Assembly (NCBI RefSeq): GCF_003704095.1
Contig: NW_020844755.1
Span: 62,001-126,000 of the forward strand
Length of the DNA: 64,000 nt
Reading direction: 5' to 3'
Source of the DNA: Pocillopora damicornis
Taxonomy: Eukaryota
Shown: positions 61,171-64,000 of the stretch, in pieces
Layout: each line of letters starts with the position of its first letter
How positions within the stretch are numbered: the stretch's first letter is position 1
Notes under the pieces: generated by a model
What the model was told of the DNA's origin: nothing
What the model saw: the letters and a program-made list of their open reading frames with translations, nothing else
Databases searched by the model: none
Position numbers and translations under genes: made by a program

Positions 61171-63487
61171 CTAGACCGTCATTGTAACAGAATTTCTACG
61201 TTGGGATGTCCCTGAGATGAGTGGAGTTGTTTCATCAGCCTCAGCCTCAGCCTCATAACTTGTTTCACCCACGGATTCCAAATCAGTTCTCCCAGATCTG
61301 CTTCTTGCCAACCCCCTGTTGTTTGCTACTGGTCTTTTACAGACAGGACAAGTTCTTTTCCCTTCTGTGAGCCAGGGATCCACACACTTACAGTGGTAAG
61401 CTTCCAGGAAATAAAATAAAATAATTGTTGTAATTACAAGATAACATGTATGCTGTAAATATAATATAAATTAATCATAAGCAATGAGTAATGGTTTTCA
61501 TTTAATGAACTGAGGCAATTTTAAAAACTTCACTTGTTTTTAATCTTCACCTTGTTGTGAAACCCAAATACATTATATTTAGCTTTGTGCCTCTTAAATT
61601 AGGGATCACAAAAGTCCACAAAATGCAGTCAAAGCCTCAGCAAATACCTTCCCTCCTACTTTTGTGTCCTATACCCCCTCTCCCAAGCATCATTTATACA
61701 CTTACATTGTAACCCTTCAACTCCCATGAATGACCAAACAAAATTTCTCCTTACAATAACAATACAGCTAACTGATGAGCGATATCAATTAGATGACTAT
61801 TAGTTGATCCAATACCAAATTCTCCAAGCTAACATCCTAAGAACTGTGTGACACACATTAAGGAGAATTACTTATGAGAACTTGGGAGTTAAAGGGTTCA
61901 GTGATAGAGGTTGAAAGTGCATACCATGCTCACAAGGAAGTATCCGCAACCTATCACCATCCTTGTACTCATCCAAACAAATGGCACAAACATCATAATA
62001 ATCTTCTCCTAAATCATTTAAACAAACAACATGTGAATAGATATTTGACTGGTTAAGTGACCACGTGACCACATGACCACGTAGCAGGAGTGGGACAACC
62101 AAAAGACAAAGAAACAGAGCACTAGCAAAGAAATGGCATAAATTTAATTTGGTATGAGCTCAAAGTACTTTAATATGTAAATTAAGTGGCTGGTGGCCGT
62201 GGAGAGGACTGGAACTCAAATCCACCAGATCTCATATCTGATTCCTACAATGGTAAACCACTATTACCAGCATACTGTCTCAATAAAATAAGATGGTAAT
62301 CCACTGCAAACAGCACCTCTCTTTAGAATTCAATTAAAAGGAGATGAGGCCATCACATTTCTTGAAATAAACTAATTATTGTGCACTGTACATTTGTAAT
62401 TACCTTTCTTAAATTTTTTCGTCGGTATCTTTTTCAAAGTTGATGGAGATAACCTGTTGCGCCTTTGTTCTAGGTAATGTCTGTAGTAGCGACTGATCTG
62501 TTCAAAAATCACAGATTTTTTTGTAATATTACAACATATTATATCATCAAGATAATAGGCCCCTCTGTTCAGATACTACAATCAAATTGTTTATGTTAAG
62601 GTATTTAACCCTTTCACTACCTGTAATGATCAAGACATAATTTTTCCTTACAGTACCAGTACAGTATCAAGAAGACAAGAGATGAGAATGGTAAAATATG
62701 TTAACTTAAGGATTATCAATAGATTCAACACCAAATTCTCAGAATGAACTTTATGAGAAGTGTATGGCCGACTTTACAGAAAATTTTTAATGAGATATTA
62801 GGAGTGAAAGTGTTTAAGTAATGGAAAGTTGACGATTGGCATTAACAGCTCCTACTCTTGGCTGTTTCTGAAACATATTGGCTCAGAAGGGAGGGATGTA
62901 CATGCATTACGTCCTTTGTCAGTGTGCTATCATATGGTACATAAAACAGACATGATTAGGGAACAAATTTGAGCCAGGGAGGTAAAAAGAAGATTACTTT
63001 GTTCTAAATGTCCAAGTGTGAAATTTACTCTCAAGTAAGGTGATTTCAAAAATAACAATACTACAAAAATGATTTCTCAGTGAAACTGTTGTTACCTCAG
63101 ATACAACCACTAAAACCAATAGATGAACAAAAATTCTTTTGGAATATCTCATGCAACCTTATCCAAACTGAAGGAAAATATATTATTCTTTTGTCTTCAT
63201 TATAATTGTCCTCTTTGCATCACTCCAAGCTTAAAACATTTTTTTAATTCAGAAGGAGTGATGGAAGTAAAGAGGGAAAATTAGCATACACAAATAATTA
63301 TAAAGGTATTAGGATAAAAAAAATAAAAACTGTTATCACTATGGAATAGGGTCTGGGTGGCACACTCACCATAAACATTGCCATCAAAATAAAACAGATT
63401 CCTACAATGATTGCAAAAGGAATCATATAGAATTCATAACTCAAAAGGGGAGGAAGCTGCTGAGGGGTGAGATACACTCTACTGTTT
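61171..63487 (-). CDS. PA-TM-RING E3 ligase RNF13/RNF167-like, last four exons
   Basis: Exons 63487-63370 (TM: [18 protein letters not shown]), 62497-62404 (RRNRL...[12 protein letters not shown]), 62008-61925 ([24 protein letters not shown]), 61400-61171 ([22 protein letters not shown]). The PA domain would lie beyond the window. Confidence 0.93.
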
Positions 63488-64000
63488 CTGTGGAAAAGAA
63501 TCAAACCAAAAGTCAATCACTTGTCATCAGAATTAATTGCTTCACTTTTCAAATTACAAAAAGTAGGCTTAGATTGAGTGTTTTGTACCACTTCATAGCT
63601 TAATAATGGTTGCACAAACTATTTATGTTTTGTTTTTATGATATATTCTTGAAGCTATTATAACCATGTTTACAGTTACCTTGACATGTACAAAGAAAAA
63701 GCACACTTCCAGTCTGAACAACATGAAAAATGTACATTTTTGGATGCCAACAATTCATGACCAGAACAACTTCTTGCAAGAAAAATAATACTAAAGAAAA
63801 AAAGTCAAAGAAAGAAAAATAACCAGAAGAAAGAAGGAAAGAAAGAAAGATAGGAAAAGACAAGGAAAGGAGTGAAGGAGGGGTGGGGAAGGGCAGAAGG
63901 AAGAAAGGAAGGAGGGAAGGAAGGAAGAAAATAGGGAAGAGATATGCATTAAACCACAAAGCTGATTTACCAAAGAGGGACGGCTTTGCCCTTAAAGGAA

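Noticed and set aside
63636-63973. Hydrophobic ORFs at the window end
   Set aside because: Produced by a GA-rich low-complexity tract in an RNF13-like intron.

Overview
AT-rich, intron-rich animal genomic DNA. The repeat families and the receptor type point to an anthozoan, probably a stony coral (inference). Hand-splicing recovers 12 protein-coding genes: HMBS (-, 3' end outside the window), ATP5PF (+), TMEM147 (-, middle exons apparently lost in an N gap), Borealin/CDCA8 (+), RFC4 (-), a divergent profilin (+), TADA3 (-), a 10-finger ZXD protein (+), GTF2F2 (+), two tandem profilins (+) and the 3' part of RNF13/RNF167 (-). The first eight form four consecutive head-to-head pairs. Three decayed rhodopsin-class GPCR pseudogenes are interleaved with the profilin duplication. 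HMBS contains a clear U12 (minor spliceosome) intron. Introns are packed with MITEs, SINEs and Penelope-like remnants. The most unusual signal is a family of fold-back Penelope-derived elements that carry a minimal hammerhead-ribozyme motif together with its own antisense copy. One lies inside the U12 intron, and one parent fragment still joined to a GIY-YIG coding remnant is present. I see no CRISPR, rRNA, bona fide tRNA or prokaryotic system. All coordinates were read by eye, and repeat boundaries are approximate.
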